NCBI RefSeq assembly: GCF_004010195.1
Contig: NC_057719.1
Span: 45,302,423 to 45,366,422 of the forward strand
Source of the DNA: Chiloscyllium plagiosum
Taxonomy: Eukaryota
Direction of reading: 5' to 3'
DNA: 64,000 nt
The position numbers and the translations under genes are program-made. This document shows, in pieces, positions 12,559-23,659 of this stretch (the first letter of the stretch is position 1; each line of letters opens with the position of its first letter). A model generated the notes under the pieces. The model was not told where the DNA came from, searched no databases, and was given only the letters and a program-made list of their open reading frames with translations.

Positions 12559-13091
12559 CACCAGTACCTATTTCATCATCTTCTTCCACACTGACAATAT
12601 GTCTATTATGTGTAACTGGTAACGGATTTCTCAGCAAAGATTCAACCTCTGAGTATCCACCAGGGTACCTTGACTCAGTCATAACCTCAGGTTGCCTCTC
12701 GGGATATGATGGCAAAACCCCAGTCTCAGGGTATGATGACACAATGCCTGCCTCTGGGTAACCTTCAGGATAGGAAGGTATAATGCCTCCATCTGGATAT
12801 GGTAGGTTGTCTGGAATCCCATCAATTCTATCCACAGCCTCTGTGGGTACAGAAGGCATGTATTCCTCTTCTTCATCATCATCTTCATAATATTGTTTGT
12901 AATCTTCATTGTCAGTGTATTCAGATTCCAACATATTATGCTTAACTGGGCCACTTAAAGCACTATCCAATGTTACAACAGAGTCCTCTCTTGAAGGCGT
13001 CCCTCCTACATTTGCTGGAATTACATTGTTAAATGAGGAAGCTCCACCGATATGAAAAACCCAAACTCCTCGAGTACCTGAATTGCCCATT
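12559..13091 (-). CDS. NID2: Nidogen-2 coding exon 4 (end of NIDO and whole acidic/Pro-Tyr linker)
   Basis: tgcag acceptor; GVWVFHIG ends NIDO; open frame to donor GTAAGT at 12558; 533 nt, phase 2-1. Confidence 0.92.
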
Positions 13092-13660
13092 CTGCAGTGA
13101 TCATAAAATAATATGATTAGGCTTAATTTAACATTAACAGATGGCTTTAGTTATTAGTGTTTCAAGCAGATTTCCAGTGAATGTCAGTCAAAATTTCACT
13201 TTGTCACTCAAAATAATTCCAATTATAACTTAGTGAATATAAAGCCTAGCACAAGATATCAAGTACATAAAATCTACAAAACTGAGTGTTTGTTACTTTA
13301 CTTACTAGTAGTTTATTCACCTAGGATATTAAGTTCTTAAATACATACAAAAGTTTGCAATATATTGCTTCAGAATGCAATCAGCTAAGCATTCAAATTC
13401 GCTTCTAAAATAAACGTTTTTAATTTACTAAGTAATTAAAGCAAATGCATTTAGATAGAGCCTTTAACCTCAGAAAAACGTCCTAGGAATTGAATGGACA
13501 AAAGCTGATGGCAATGTGAAGAAGTTGATATGAGGATAGATGTCTAAAGGCTTGGTCAAAGAGGATTGAGTTAAAGAAGGAGAGAGCTGCAGAAGCAAAG
13601 TGATTGAAAGGGCAACATTCTACATGGCAATGAAAGCAATCTACAAAGAAAAGTACTCAC

Positions 13661-13899
13661 TGATATAGGTTTTTCACAGATTGTTCATTGCTGGTAATAC
13701 TGTAATAAGGACCCTCACTTTTCCACAGAAAGAACCCAGTTTCCCCTCTGCTGAAGCCCACGCGAGCAGGCAGCTCTATCTGAACATTGTAGGACTCCTT
13801 AGGACGAGTTCCAAAGAACTGCAACCCATCTTCTGGGTAGAGAAAAATTGCATAGGTGTTTGACTCATCAAAAGCCAACAGTGCCTGAAAGGTGTTGAA
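13661..13899 (-). CDS. NID2: Nidogen-2 coding exon 3 (NIDO)
   Basis: tttag acceptor; [49 protein letters not shown]...EQSVKNLY; donor GTGAGT; 239 nt, phase 0-2. Confidence 0.96.
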
Positions 13900-14404
13900 C
13901 TAAAGAGAGAAAAATATGAATAAATTACATAGTCAAACAATTTCTTCAATCATGAGACATTTCAGAAGAATAACCTATTTAAGCCTACAGAAAATGTTTA
14001 GAAAATTAAAATAAAAGCAAAGTACAGCAGATGCAGGAAATTCTGAAATACTGTCCTGACAGATACTGCAAGACCAGAGTTTCCAGCACTTTCTGTTTTT
14101 GTGTTTAGAAAACTGGACGTTTTCACATGAAAAGCATGGGATCAATGTTAATTCCAAAATAACTTGCTTGCTGAAGAATGATTGTTCAATTAGTGACGAA
14201 AACTGTGTGCATCTGGTTTTGACAAACTCAGATCAATCTGCGTAGGCAAACAAGAACTAAACTGGGTCTTAAGGATCATAATAAATATACCCATCGAATA
14301 CTTAGATTTAGAATGGATTCCTTTCCACCATGACCCATCATTAACATTGAAATGGATCAAATGTCATCAAGAATGGTTTGCAATGTAAATATATAGGAAT
14401 GTTA

Positions 14405-14615
14405 GTGTACTGGTAACGTTAATGGATTAGTATTATAGAGGTTTGGACTATTGAGCTGAAGACACAAATTCAAATCATGCCATGAGAATTGCTGGAATGT
14501 AAGTTCAAAATGTATATCTGGAGCAGGAGGCCAGAATCAATGATGGCCATGAAACTAACAGGTTGCAAAACTCATTTGATTCAATAATGCCCTTCAAAGC
14601 AAGGAACTAGCCCTG
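14405..14615 (+). mobile_element. Decayed 5' half of a DeuSINE-like element
   Basis: Similar to the first half of 8010-8350. Confidence 0.45.
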
Positions 14616-14639
14616 ATTCTTTTACTGAGGAGTGTAGGA

Positions 14640-16215
14640 GAGTATCCCAGGAGCAGCACCAAGCATGCAGAGAAATTCAGAGCTAACCTTCAACACAGAG
14701 CTTTGTTCATAATAAACAATAGCAGCAGCATGTTATAGACGGAGGTAAAGGATTGCACACCCAAAGGATTAGATCATAGTTTTGCAGTGCATTCACATTC
14801 AGACATCAATGAAGTGGACAATTAAACAACTAACATCACCACCTATACAATGAGGAGCCCTACCTATCTGCACAAAAGACAAGACTATACTGGTTAAAAG
14901 CAACTTTAGCCAGAAATGCCAAGTGGCAGATTCATCTTGGCCTCATATCTAGCACCATATCTGCTGGCCTTCATTCAACTCAATTCACTAACATGATACA
15001 AAGAAACAGCTATTATACCACAAATATGGACTATGGTTAATATCCCAGCTGCAGTACAGAAGATTCATAATTCAGATGTATATCCCTATAACATTGTGAC
15101 ATATACAGCGTTGTGGAAAATTACCCAAATATGCCCAAATCCAATCCAAACAATTGTCACCTCATTAATCTACCCTCAACCATTTACAAAGTGATAGAAG
15201 ATGGCATTGTCAATGTTTTCACCATCAACACATATTCAGCAACAACCTGGTCACACAATTAGGTTCTACCAGCGCCACTCTGATCCAGACCTTGATCCAG
15301 ACTTGAGCAAAAAAGATAATTCCACAGGTGAGATGATAGAAACTGCCCATGATGTGAAGGCAGCACTTGACAAAGGGGCACTTATAATATTGAAGTTGCT
15401 GGGATTTGAGGGGAGGTGGGTGAAAGTGAGGAGGGTGGGGAAAATATTGTACTACGAGGGGACAAACCCAGTAGAACAAAACACGGCTGTGGTTATTGGA
15501 GGTTAGTCAATCTTGGCTCCAAAATACTAGGAGTCCTTCAAAGAATGCTCAAAGCACAACCATCTTCATCTATTTCATCTATGACCTCCCCTCCATCAAA
15601 AGGTCACAGGTATTTCCTATGATTTCACGATGTTCAGTACTATTCATAAGTCTACAGATAATAAAGCAGTTCTTCCCTACATGGAGCAAGATGTGGACAA
15701 CATTTGACATGGTCTGATAAGTGGCCAATAATATTCATGCCACTCAACTGTTAAACAATGATCCTCTCCAACATATAACAGCAGGGCAGAAGCTGTGAAA
15801 GCTATAGCAAATAACACATCTTCGCAAAGCCTATCCAAATACAAAGCGCAAGTTAAAAACATGCTGGAGTACTCTCTGCTTCCTGATTAAGTGTGGTTCC
15901 TACAAAATTAGACAGTTTGACATCAGCCTGGACAAGGCAGCCTGTCTGATCTGCATCTTACTGATGACCAGCATTCACTCCACCACCACAAGTTCTCCGC
16001 ATAGTTACATCCCATTCTGACTTGGAACTATAATTGCCATTCCTTCACCATTACAAAAAAATCCTGGAAATCTATGCCTGATTGCACTGGAGTGTAATTG
16101 ACCCACAGTGTCTACAGCGGTTCCAGGAGGGTGCTTACTATCAGCTGCTTAAGGGCAATTCAGGATGGGCAGCAACAGTGGCTAAACCAGTGATCCACGC
16201 AGACCTGAAGAAGTA
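14640..16215 (+). mobile_element. Decayed CR1-group LINE (RT and 3' tail) in intron 2
   Basis: Remnants such as DVKAALDK; 3' tail AAGGGCAATT.AGGATGGGCA resembles the DeuSINE tail at about 8300. Confidence 0.6.
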
Positions 16216-16630
16216 ATTTTTTTAAAAAAGCAAAGTACTGTGGCTGCTTGAAAGTTGAAATACAAATAAAACATTCAGGAGAAACTCAAGAGGTCTAGCA
16301 GCATCTGTGGAGAGACAAACAGAGTTGACATAGAATCATATCAGACTCGTCTTACTCAAATAAACATATTCTATAAAAGAATCAACAAAATGCATCCTGG
16401 TTTACTTCAACCAAACATTTGGTATCTGTGGTGTTACCAAGTTAACCAGTATGGTCTCAAATTTCCGCTCTATAAGTTAATAGTGGAAAAGTAACGTTTA
16501 AGGAGTGGTCCTCAGTGCTGGTCTAGATCATCAAGCTTTGAGGAAGGCACTCACAGGCCTGGCCCATACACAGTTGTTGGTATCTCAGTACCTAATAAGG
16601 TTTACCGGTCGTTTTCTTGTAGTTTCTTAC

Positions 16631-16933
16631 CCTGACAGAGGAGGCAACCGAGCGCGACACTTCCTCATAAGGCGCCACGTTCTCCCAAGTGGCGATAAAA
16701 GCGTTGGTCGGAGTGAATGAGCTTTGAGGAAAACCTCTCCTGATCTCCCGGCCGGCGCGGCCAAGGACATCCGAGGAATCGTCTTGTCTGTAATAAATCC
16801 GCCCTCGGTCATTGCTTGTGTCGATATCTGACAGGAAAGGCGCTATCACCGGGAAATCAGTGGGGAATCCGTCATCCACATATTGAGTCTCTCGGGGGAA
16901 ATCCTGCGTGGAGATGATCCCATTCGTTCCTAC
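16631..16933 (-). CDS. NID2: Nidogen-2 coding exon 2 (G1/NIDO)
   Basis: ttcag acceptor; [40 protein letters not shown]...FIATWENV resembles NID2 rather than NID1; donor GTAAGA; 303 nt, phase 0-0. Confidence 0.96.
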
Positions 16934-17464
16934 CTGAAGATTAAGAGTTCAATTATTTACACGGAACACAGTGCAACGCCCTGCCCAGTCTTTGTTCCTA
17001 AACTTAATGGCTACAATAACATTCTTCTAAAAGTACTCTGACTCGACTTTAGCACTTTTACATACGATTGCTCTGAACTGTTTATTTTCAGGCATGTCCA
17101 AAGCTCTCCACAAATTATGTCAACACATACTTCGATATAAATATCATTTCAGATCAAATCAGATTACATTGCAGTTTGTCCTGTCTTAGCGTGGGAATGA
17201 ACGCCCCGTGATTCTGTTCAATTAGCTTCTCAGCCTTTTCGAAATCTTTGCGGACTCTGGAAAGCGGGTTGTCACAGCCCAACTGGGCTCGAGTCTGGGA
17301 AGCGGTAACGGAGAATTGAGAGATAATGCGCCAGCCCGGACAATGAGCGGGGAGCGGCTCTGGCTCCTTGTACAATGCGAGTAGAAGTGGACCACATAGA
17401 ACCGCAGTTCTGTTTAGCACCACTCACAAAAAAAACAATAATTAGGTTGGAAGGTACAACTTAC

Positions 17465-17665
17465 GTAGAGGTGACTGAACTGTGTGTCATAAAAGACAAA
17501 TGGCCTTTTGAGTTGGATAACTTGAGAGGTTTCATCATCGCCTTGCTGCAGGGTCAGGTCTTGTGTGTGTGGACCAAACGGGAAAAGCTCCTCTCTTTCG
17601 ATTGCAGAAACCAAGCTGAGAAGCCAGTGCAGTTTGAACAGGGAAATGAAGCCCCTTCCCTGCAT
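17465..17665 (-). CDS. NID2: Nidogen-2 coding exon 1 (signal peptide and start of G1)
   Basis: ATG at 17665 gives MQGRGFISLFKLHWLLSLVSA|IEREELFPFG...GDDETS...FYDTQFSHLY, a hydrophobic signal peptide then the nidogen N-terminus; donor GTAAGT at 17464; 201 nt, phase 0. Confidence 0.93.
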
Positions 17666-17739
17666 TTCTGGAAGCGAACAGATGTGTTCCAAAGTGGATA
17701 GGAAAGGGGAGGAGAAGCGGCTCTCTCGCTCTGATCTCC

Positions 17740-17830
17740 TGGTTTTATAGCTGGCTTTATGTTTAACCCCAAGAACAGCCAATAGCCCCCGGGAGAGGGC
17801 AGAGCTCCCCAACTCCGGCCCTCATTGGAT
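17740..17830 (-). promoter_or_regulatory. Putative NID2 core promoter (TATA and two CCAAT boxes)
   Basis: TATAAAA on minus at 17743-17749, about 80 nt upstream of the ATG; CCAAT on plus at 17779-17783 and on minus at 17824-17828. Confidence 0.65.
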
Positions 17831-19026
17831 TAGGCCGAAACTGATCGACAAGTCTCGCCGCACTCTCCCACATCTGGTTCCCATTAAACCGGCTCTTTCC
17901 TCGACTTTCTCATTGTGCTCATTCGTTCAAACACGCAGCACCTAAAGAAAACACCGAGGAGGTGGAGACAGACTACTATTGGAAATGTTGGAAAGTGTCA
18001 GCGCGGAGCCATTGGAAAAGTCCCGGGATATGTCCTAGAACGCGGGCCACTGGAAACAAGGATCATTCCCGTGCCCTTTGACACGTAGAAATAAAGGCAG
18101 AAAAAAAAGACTTTTCCCCAAAGGCGATCATCCCAACTTCTGAGAGGATGGAAACCTGGTGTTATCAAACTGATTGGGGCACTGACCCAAACATTGGTAA
18201 CATTGCTTTGAAAATCCCAACCGGATCTGCAATTTCTCACAACTCATTTCTGTTCCAGTATACTCTATACGTCTGACCATCTGTATGCTTAGGGAAGGGG
18301 AGGGCGCAGGAAGAGGATTCTCCCGGATTCCCAAACAGTCTGTTACAAATCCCGTTGGTTTCCCAGTGGATTTCAAAGGCTCCTAGTCAGAGACAAACTA
18401 AATTGCAGTTTGACCCTGATGGGATGCCACACACCCTTTTCCTCAGATCGGCTTTTTAATGTGTTCCCCGTTGACTCTAATGAACGGGATAAAATGCTCT
18501 TGCCGGGTTGAGCTGGGAAGATGTTCTTCAGGAAGTCAGCTAATATGCCCAAAGGAAGTCCCGTTAAATTTCTTACAATCCCAGATGCGAGATGCATAGT
18601 ATTCCATGTTTAGATATTGAACTAGCCACTGCTCCATTGTATTTGAATATTAGACATTAGTAAAATTGTGCAAAGGTAAGATTGAAGCTGTTTTTACCAA
18701 GTCAAAAATAAAACCCTGTAGTTGCTGGAAATCTTAAACAAACCCAGATTCGGCTGAAGAAACCGAGCAGGAGTTCTGAACACGAGTCATAGCGAACTCG
18801 AAATGTTAACTGTTTCTCTCTCCACAGATGTTGCCAGACGTTTACTAAGAAGCTGGTAACAAAATGTAAAGTTATTGAGGAGAAACAATTCCTGTCATTA
18901 TCTGAAACAAATCAAAGGGCGCTTACATCAGTTAGCAGGCACTCCACCAGAAACTCTTTACAAATCCAGGTCAAACGATTGGATTGCAGTTATATTTTAC
19001 GTGGAAGCTTGAAGTGAAGGGATCTC

Positions 19027-19270
19027 AGATTAGATTCCCTACAGTGTGGAAACATGCCCTTCGGCCCTACAAATCCATACCGACCCACCGCAGAGTAACC
19101 CACCCAGACCCATTCCCCTCCCCTATATTTGCGCCTGACTTAATGGGCAATTTAGCATGGCCAATTCACCTGACCTGCACATCTTTGGACTGTGGGAGGA
19201 AACCGGAGCACCCGGAGGAAACCCACGCAGACACGGGGAGAATGTGCAAACTCCACACAGTCACCCGAGG
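19027..19270 (-). mobile_element. HE1-like V-SINE (5'-truncated)
   Basis: Near-identical V-domain and tail to 3245-3577. Confidence 0.88.
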
Positions 19271-20383
19271 CGGGGATGTGGTGGTGGGGGTGGGGAAAGC
19301 GCATTGAGGTCGGTGAACATCTAGTTATTTCACCGTAAATGGCGAAACACCCCCAAAAAATCCTGTACAGACAATGGTCAGCAAATCAATAAAAACACCA
19401 TCTTACTGGGCTAGAAGGAGGCGGCCATTCAGCCCGGTGTGCCAGAGCAGACCGATTGAAAGTGAGAATTAAATACTCCTTTTCCCGCTTTTCCCGAATG
19501 AAATCCTGTTAGATCAATGAGGGAGGTTTAAGAAGCTGTCGCCTTTGCTATTTACATGGGATTTAAATTGACGCCCATTTGGGTTGTCATTTTGCTTTGA
19601 AACTGCAGCAGTTTAATTTTCGGTCATGCCTCAGCCGCAGGAACAGCAGCTCACTACAATGGGACCCACGGTGAACTCTGCACGTCCTGAACACAGCGAT
19701 ATGGAGAACCTTCCTCCCGTCACTTGGTGCGCTTTGGGTCCTTTCCTCAGCCAATGGGTGATATTCGAGCTAAATAAGGGAAAAACCATCCCTTTAGCAT
19801 CAGCCCATTGTTTACTCAAGGGGCTTCGTTTAAAATGGGGTATAATGCTTGTGGACAGCGTGACAAAAAGATACTTCACAAAAATGGAAGTCTTTGTTTA
19901 AATTAACGAAGGCATTCTCGTTTTAACTGCGGACCATCCAAAGTTCATCAGGATATGGTCCTGACAGTTTCACATTGAATGCGGCTGGAATCCGCTTATA
20001 TACAGGGTTTTAAAATTCGTTTCTGGGAAGTGGGCGTCGCTGGCTATGCCCAGTTCATCTTTGATTATGTGACACATGGTTTATTTGCGAAGCGAATGAA
20101 AATATAATCACGAATGTTTCGGTAAAGTCTCATTATTACCCATTTGGCGAAAACACTTTATCAGGGTCTTGCAGCATCTGCGGGGAGAGAGAATATTTCA
20201 GTCTGTCTTCAGGACGAAGAGGTGACAAAGCTCAAGTGTTAACTCGGTTTCTCTCCCCACAGCTGCTGCCAGATTTATTGTTATTTCCAGCCTTTGCCTT
20301 GGTTCTTATTTCAGATTTTCAGCATCTGCGGTGCCTTGCCTTTGATTTGAAGTCATTTCTTACAGGGGTTGTCTCTGAATGTA

Positions 20384-20600
20384 GGCGAAAGTGAGGACTG
20401 CAGATACTGGAGATGAGAGTCGAGAGTGTGGTGCTGGAAAAGCACAGCAGGTCAGGCAGCATTCGAAGTGCAGGAGAATCGACGTTTCAGGCAAACGCCT
20501 TTCATCGGAGCTGTATGATGGGCTTCTGCCTGAAACGTCGATTCTCCTGCAGCTCGGATGCTGCCTGACCTGCTGTGCTTTTCCAGCAACACACTTTCAA
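20384..20600. mobile_element. Palindromic non-autonomous Penelope-derived element
   Basis: Arms of about 85 nt (20422-20507 and 20514-20598) are reverse complements and match the PLE terminal sequence at 25110-25240. Confidence 0.8.
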
Positions 20601-21371
20601 CACTTGTCTTTTAATTATGTAAATCAGTAACTCTAAACACTAATGTACAAGATACACGAGACTTTCAGTGAATATGACACGGAAGATCACACCGTACTGA
20701 TCGGTTGGAACTTTAAATTTAATTCTGATTATCTTTAAAATCGGACAGTTGTTTTTGTTTCTTTGCTATTGTACGGAGATCATTCATTAAACCACAGCAG
20801 GGATTGAGAGGATTGACTTCTGTCAGTATAATGAGCTAAGATCAAAAGGACACAGAAAGGATAGTCTGTTTGTTCCAACTGCGACTGGACTGGATGGAGT
20901 TCTCAGTATTTTGTCTGGAAGTGTTCAGTGTTTAATCAGGAGTCCGTGTGTCAGTGCGGGCAGTCTGAATCCATTCATATGCTATTCCGAAAGTAAATCC
21001 CAGATAAGATCTGGGTGATTAGGAAAGGCTTTGGGGAATGTCTAAGGATGTCACCGCTCTTTTTTGGACAAAACATTGGTCTTCCGATCCTCTTACCTAA
21101 ATAAGGGTCCTCTTCGACAATTCCGGCAGAGGGAGACTAACAGTTCTGATGCCCACATTCTTTAAACAAAACAAGTTACTCCTCAACAAAGTTACAGAGG
21201 TCATGACCAAATGTGGAATGATTCTTTTTCCTTTCTTGTCTTGAACACCATGGGAGACTCGATAAAGCTATGTACAACGGAGACAGGAAATGACGCTGCT
21301 CTCCTAATGTTCCTCCACGGGCTATGAGAACACTGTGAAAACTTGTTCTTAAGGCTTGCTGGTGAGGGGAA

Positions 21372-21455
21372 AACCCTTTCAAGTTTCACAACATCCTTCC
21401 GATAGGAAGGAGACCAGAATTACACGCAATATTCCAACAGTGGCCTAACCAACGC
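21372..21455 (-). mobile_element. Short CR1 RT fragment
   Basis: Matches 43030-43110 and the reverse complement of 57595-57680. Confidence 0.75.
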
Positions 21456-21999
21456 CTGCCCTGAGAAGATAATGTGGAGCAAGGGGAGAATTAGAAAGAG
21501 AGGAGACAATTCAGATAGCTCTTATTCAGAATGGGATGAATGCTTGAGGAATAATTATAATTTGATCAGGTCTTAAAGTTTGGGGAAGACCATTGAATTC
21601 AATGGTTTTAATTCCTAATTTGTGGACCATTTGCTGGTGATGATTCCACTTTGTCTCTATCTTTACTCTTTGTTGAGTTATCATCTCTCTTTGCCTTATG
21701 TTATCCCCCCCGTCATTTAGGGGTGAATTTTAATTTTCAGGCACGTTTGAACAAACAAATCTTGGAGCTTACTAGTAATCCAACAAAGTTTCAGGGATGT
21801 GTTGGCAGTATGTCTTTCACAAATCAATGCATCCAACTTCCATATGGATCCCCGATTTCCCAATCATCTAGAGTGTGATGCCAACCTACATCAGTCTATC
21901 CTTGCCCCAATAGTTAAAGACACCTTTGCAATTGGATCTGCATTCAGGAGTCATGACCCTGCCAAGAACATCATGAAAGGATGCTCAGCCTGTAAAGGC

Positions 22000-23330
22000 A
22001 GCACTACATTTTTCCAATGCTTTCTTGGACACCCCACTGCAGTTTGTACATAGCTGCAGTGAGACTCTGTTCACTCCAATACAGAAAGAAGTCAACTTCA
22101 AAAGAGAAATGGGCATGACTGGATATAGCTGAAGAGATCAGGAGAATAATGCCTCACTCAAGTACAATGCCACAAGACTTGCCCAGGCTTGGAAAGATGA
22201 CTGAAGTGATGCATTCAAGTACAAACCTCTTCACTCTGCCTTCACCACTTCACTCTTGGAACAATTGATACAGGAGTACTTCTCCCTCTCAGAGGTCTAC
22301 CCCCCTCAAATACCCACCTGAGCCAAAACCACTGGCATTCCCTTTCATCATCTAACAATATCACATTCAACCTTCAATAACCCTCCATCAAGGATGTCCT
22401 TCCATCCTCTTCAAAAATTATGCAGTTCACATTCACAGACCTGGCCTTTCTTGTCTTTGGACGAGAGTACAGAAAATCAGTGACAGACCTGGTACAGGAT
22501 GTGGCCTTGCAGCCATTTTCACATTGGAAGAGGTGCTGGATATAAACTTGGTGTCTGCCTGTCTGACTATTGGTGATAGAGACATAGATAAGCCAAGCTA
22601 CATGGTGACAACATTATGTAGTATACAAATACAACATTCACTCCTCTAGACTTGACCATTAGTCAATAAAATATGATGCTGTGCACAATGGTGTTTCAGA
22701 ATCATCTCACCTGGTACAGCTCAAACTCATATTCCATTTCTCACAGTTCCTTGAGGAAATGGTGCGAGAGGAGGAAGAAGACACCCTAGGAAAGGAAACC
22801 CTGGAATACAACTCATGCTCACCATCCATCAGTGTATATCTTGGTGGGTCTGACCAGACAAGTTGGATTGTCAGGTTTGGTGAAGCACGTATCACAAATG
22901 AGCAGAAAGAGTGGAAATTTCCCATTGGAAGGTGTAGAATACTCCAAGCTCTGTTCAGCTCGGTGTAATTGCTGAGCCTCATGGATTGTTGGTGAATAGG
23001 ATTATATTTGAGCAGCAGCAATAAATAGTGAGGTTCTCTCAGCTTTTCCAGAAACAATGCAAACCATTGGATATACACAATTGTGAGGAGACACAATCTC
23101 TAGCTTGAGTGCCACATTGCCCTTGGCCTTCTCACCAATATAATGGCCATGGAAAGAAAGTAACTATGTATATGGAACATCCAATGAAGCAGAAAGTCAA
23201 GTGCATTTTGGCCTTCAATGGTGCACAAATAGACCACCACCATCTTAACCACTACTGAAGAAAGTGACACCATGTGCATTCAGTGCCTCACTGAACTTCA
23301 ATAAAGAGAATTCCAGCTCTTGGCTGAGGA
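22000..23330. mobile_element. Probable Harbinger/PIF transposon relic (Myb/SANT gene on plus, transposase remnants on minus)
   Basis: Plus strand A*LDIAEEIR..TQVQCHK (about 22110-22180), later TGCG..FTLEEVLDI; minus strand GNFHS...TIQLVWSD weakly resembles Harbinger GFHSLNVQLVCD; highly degenerate. Confidence 0.35.
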
Positions 23331-23659
23331 GGAATGTGGTGAAACAAGCAAGGGAAGGAGGGGAAAGGTGGGTACAGTGCTCAAGACACTTCTACTTTAC
23401 CTCTGTCTATTTTAGAGCCCCAAATGCTGCTCCCACATTCCAATGACTTAATTTGTCCCTGTCGGCTCACAGTCTTTGGCAGGGCCCTCTTGAGCACCAA
23501 ATCTCAGAGGATGTCAACAAAAGCATTTGAGCAAAGGAAGGAAACAAGTCACTACCCCCTAGATCTATGGAAGTCACAGGGCCAGCAATATGTAGGAGCC
23601 AGGAGTCATAAGAAAAAAGGGTTTAGTTCATCAAAATATGTTAATTTGTTGTGTTTAAC

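Larger units (their letters stand above)
16600..18100. promoter_or_regulatory. CpG-rich island over the promoter, exon 1 and exon 2
   Basis: Visibly frequent CG dinucleotides compared with the CpG-poor flanking introns; estimated by eye, not computed. Confidence 0.55.

Noticed and set aside
7731..17665. Assignment as NID1
   Set aside because: Exon layout seems NID1-like, but [13 protein letters not shown] and [18 protein letters not shown] match NID2 as I recall it
17666..17812. In-frame N-terminal extension of exon 1 in the ORF track
   Set aside because: It starts at a non-ATG codon and spans the TATA box; the ATG at 17665 directly precedes a signal peptide
20384..20600. Possible CRISPR array or pre-miRNA in the recurring palindromic repeats
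   Set aside because: Eukaryotic DNA with dispersed copies and no repeat-spacer periodicity; explained by PLE termini
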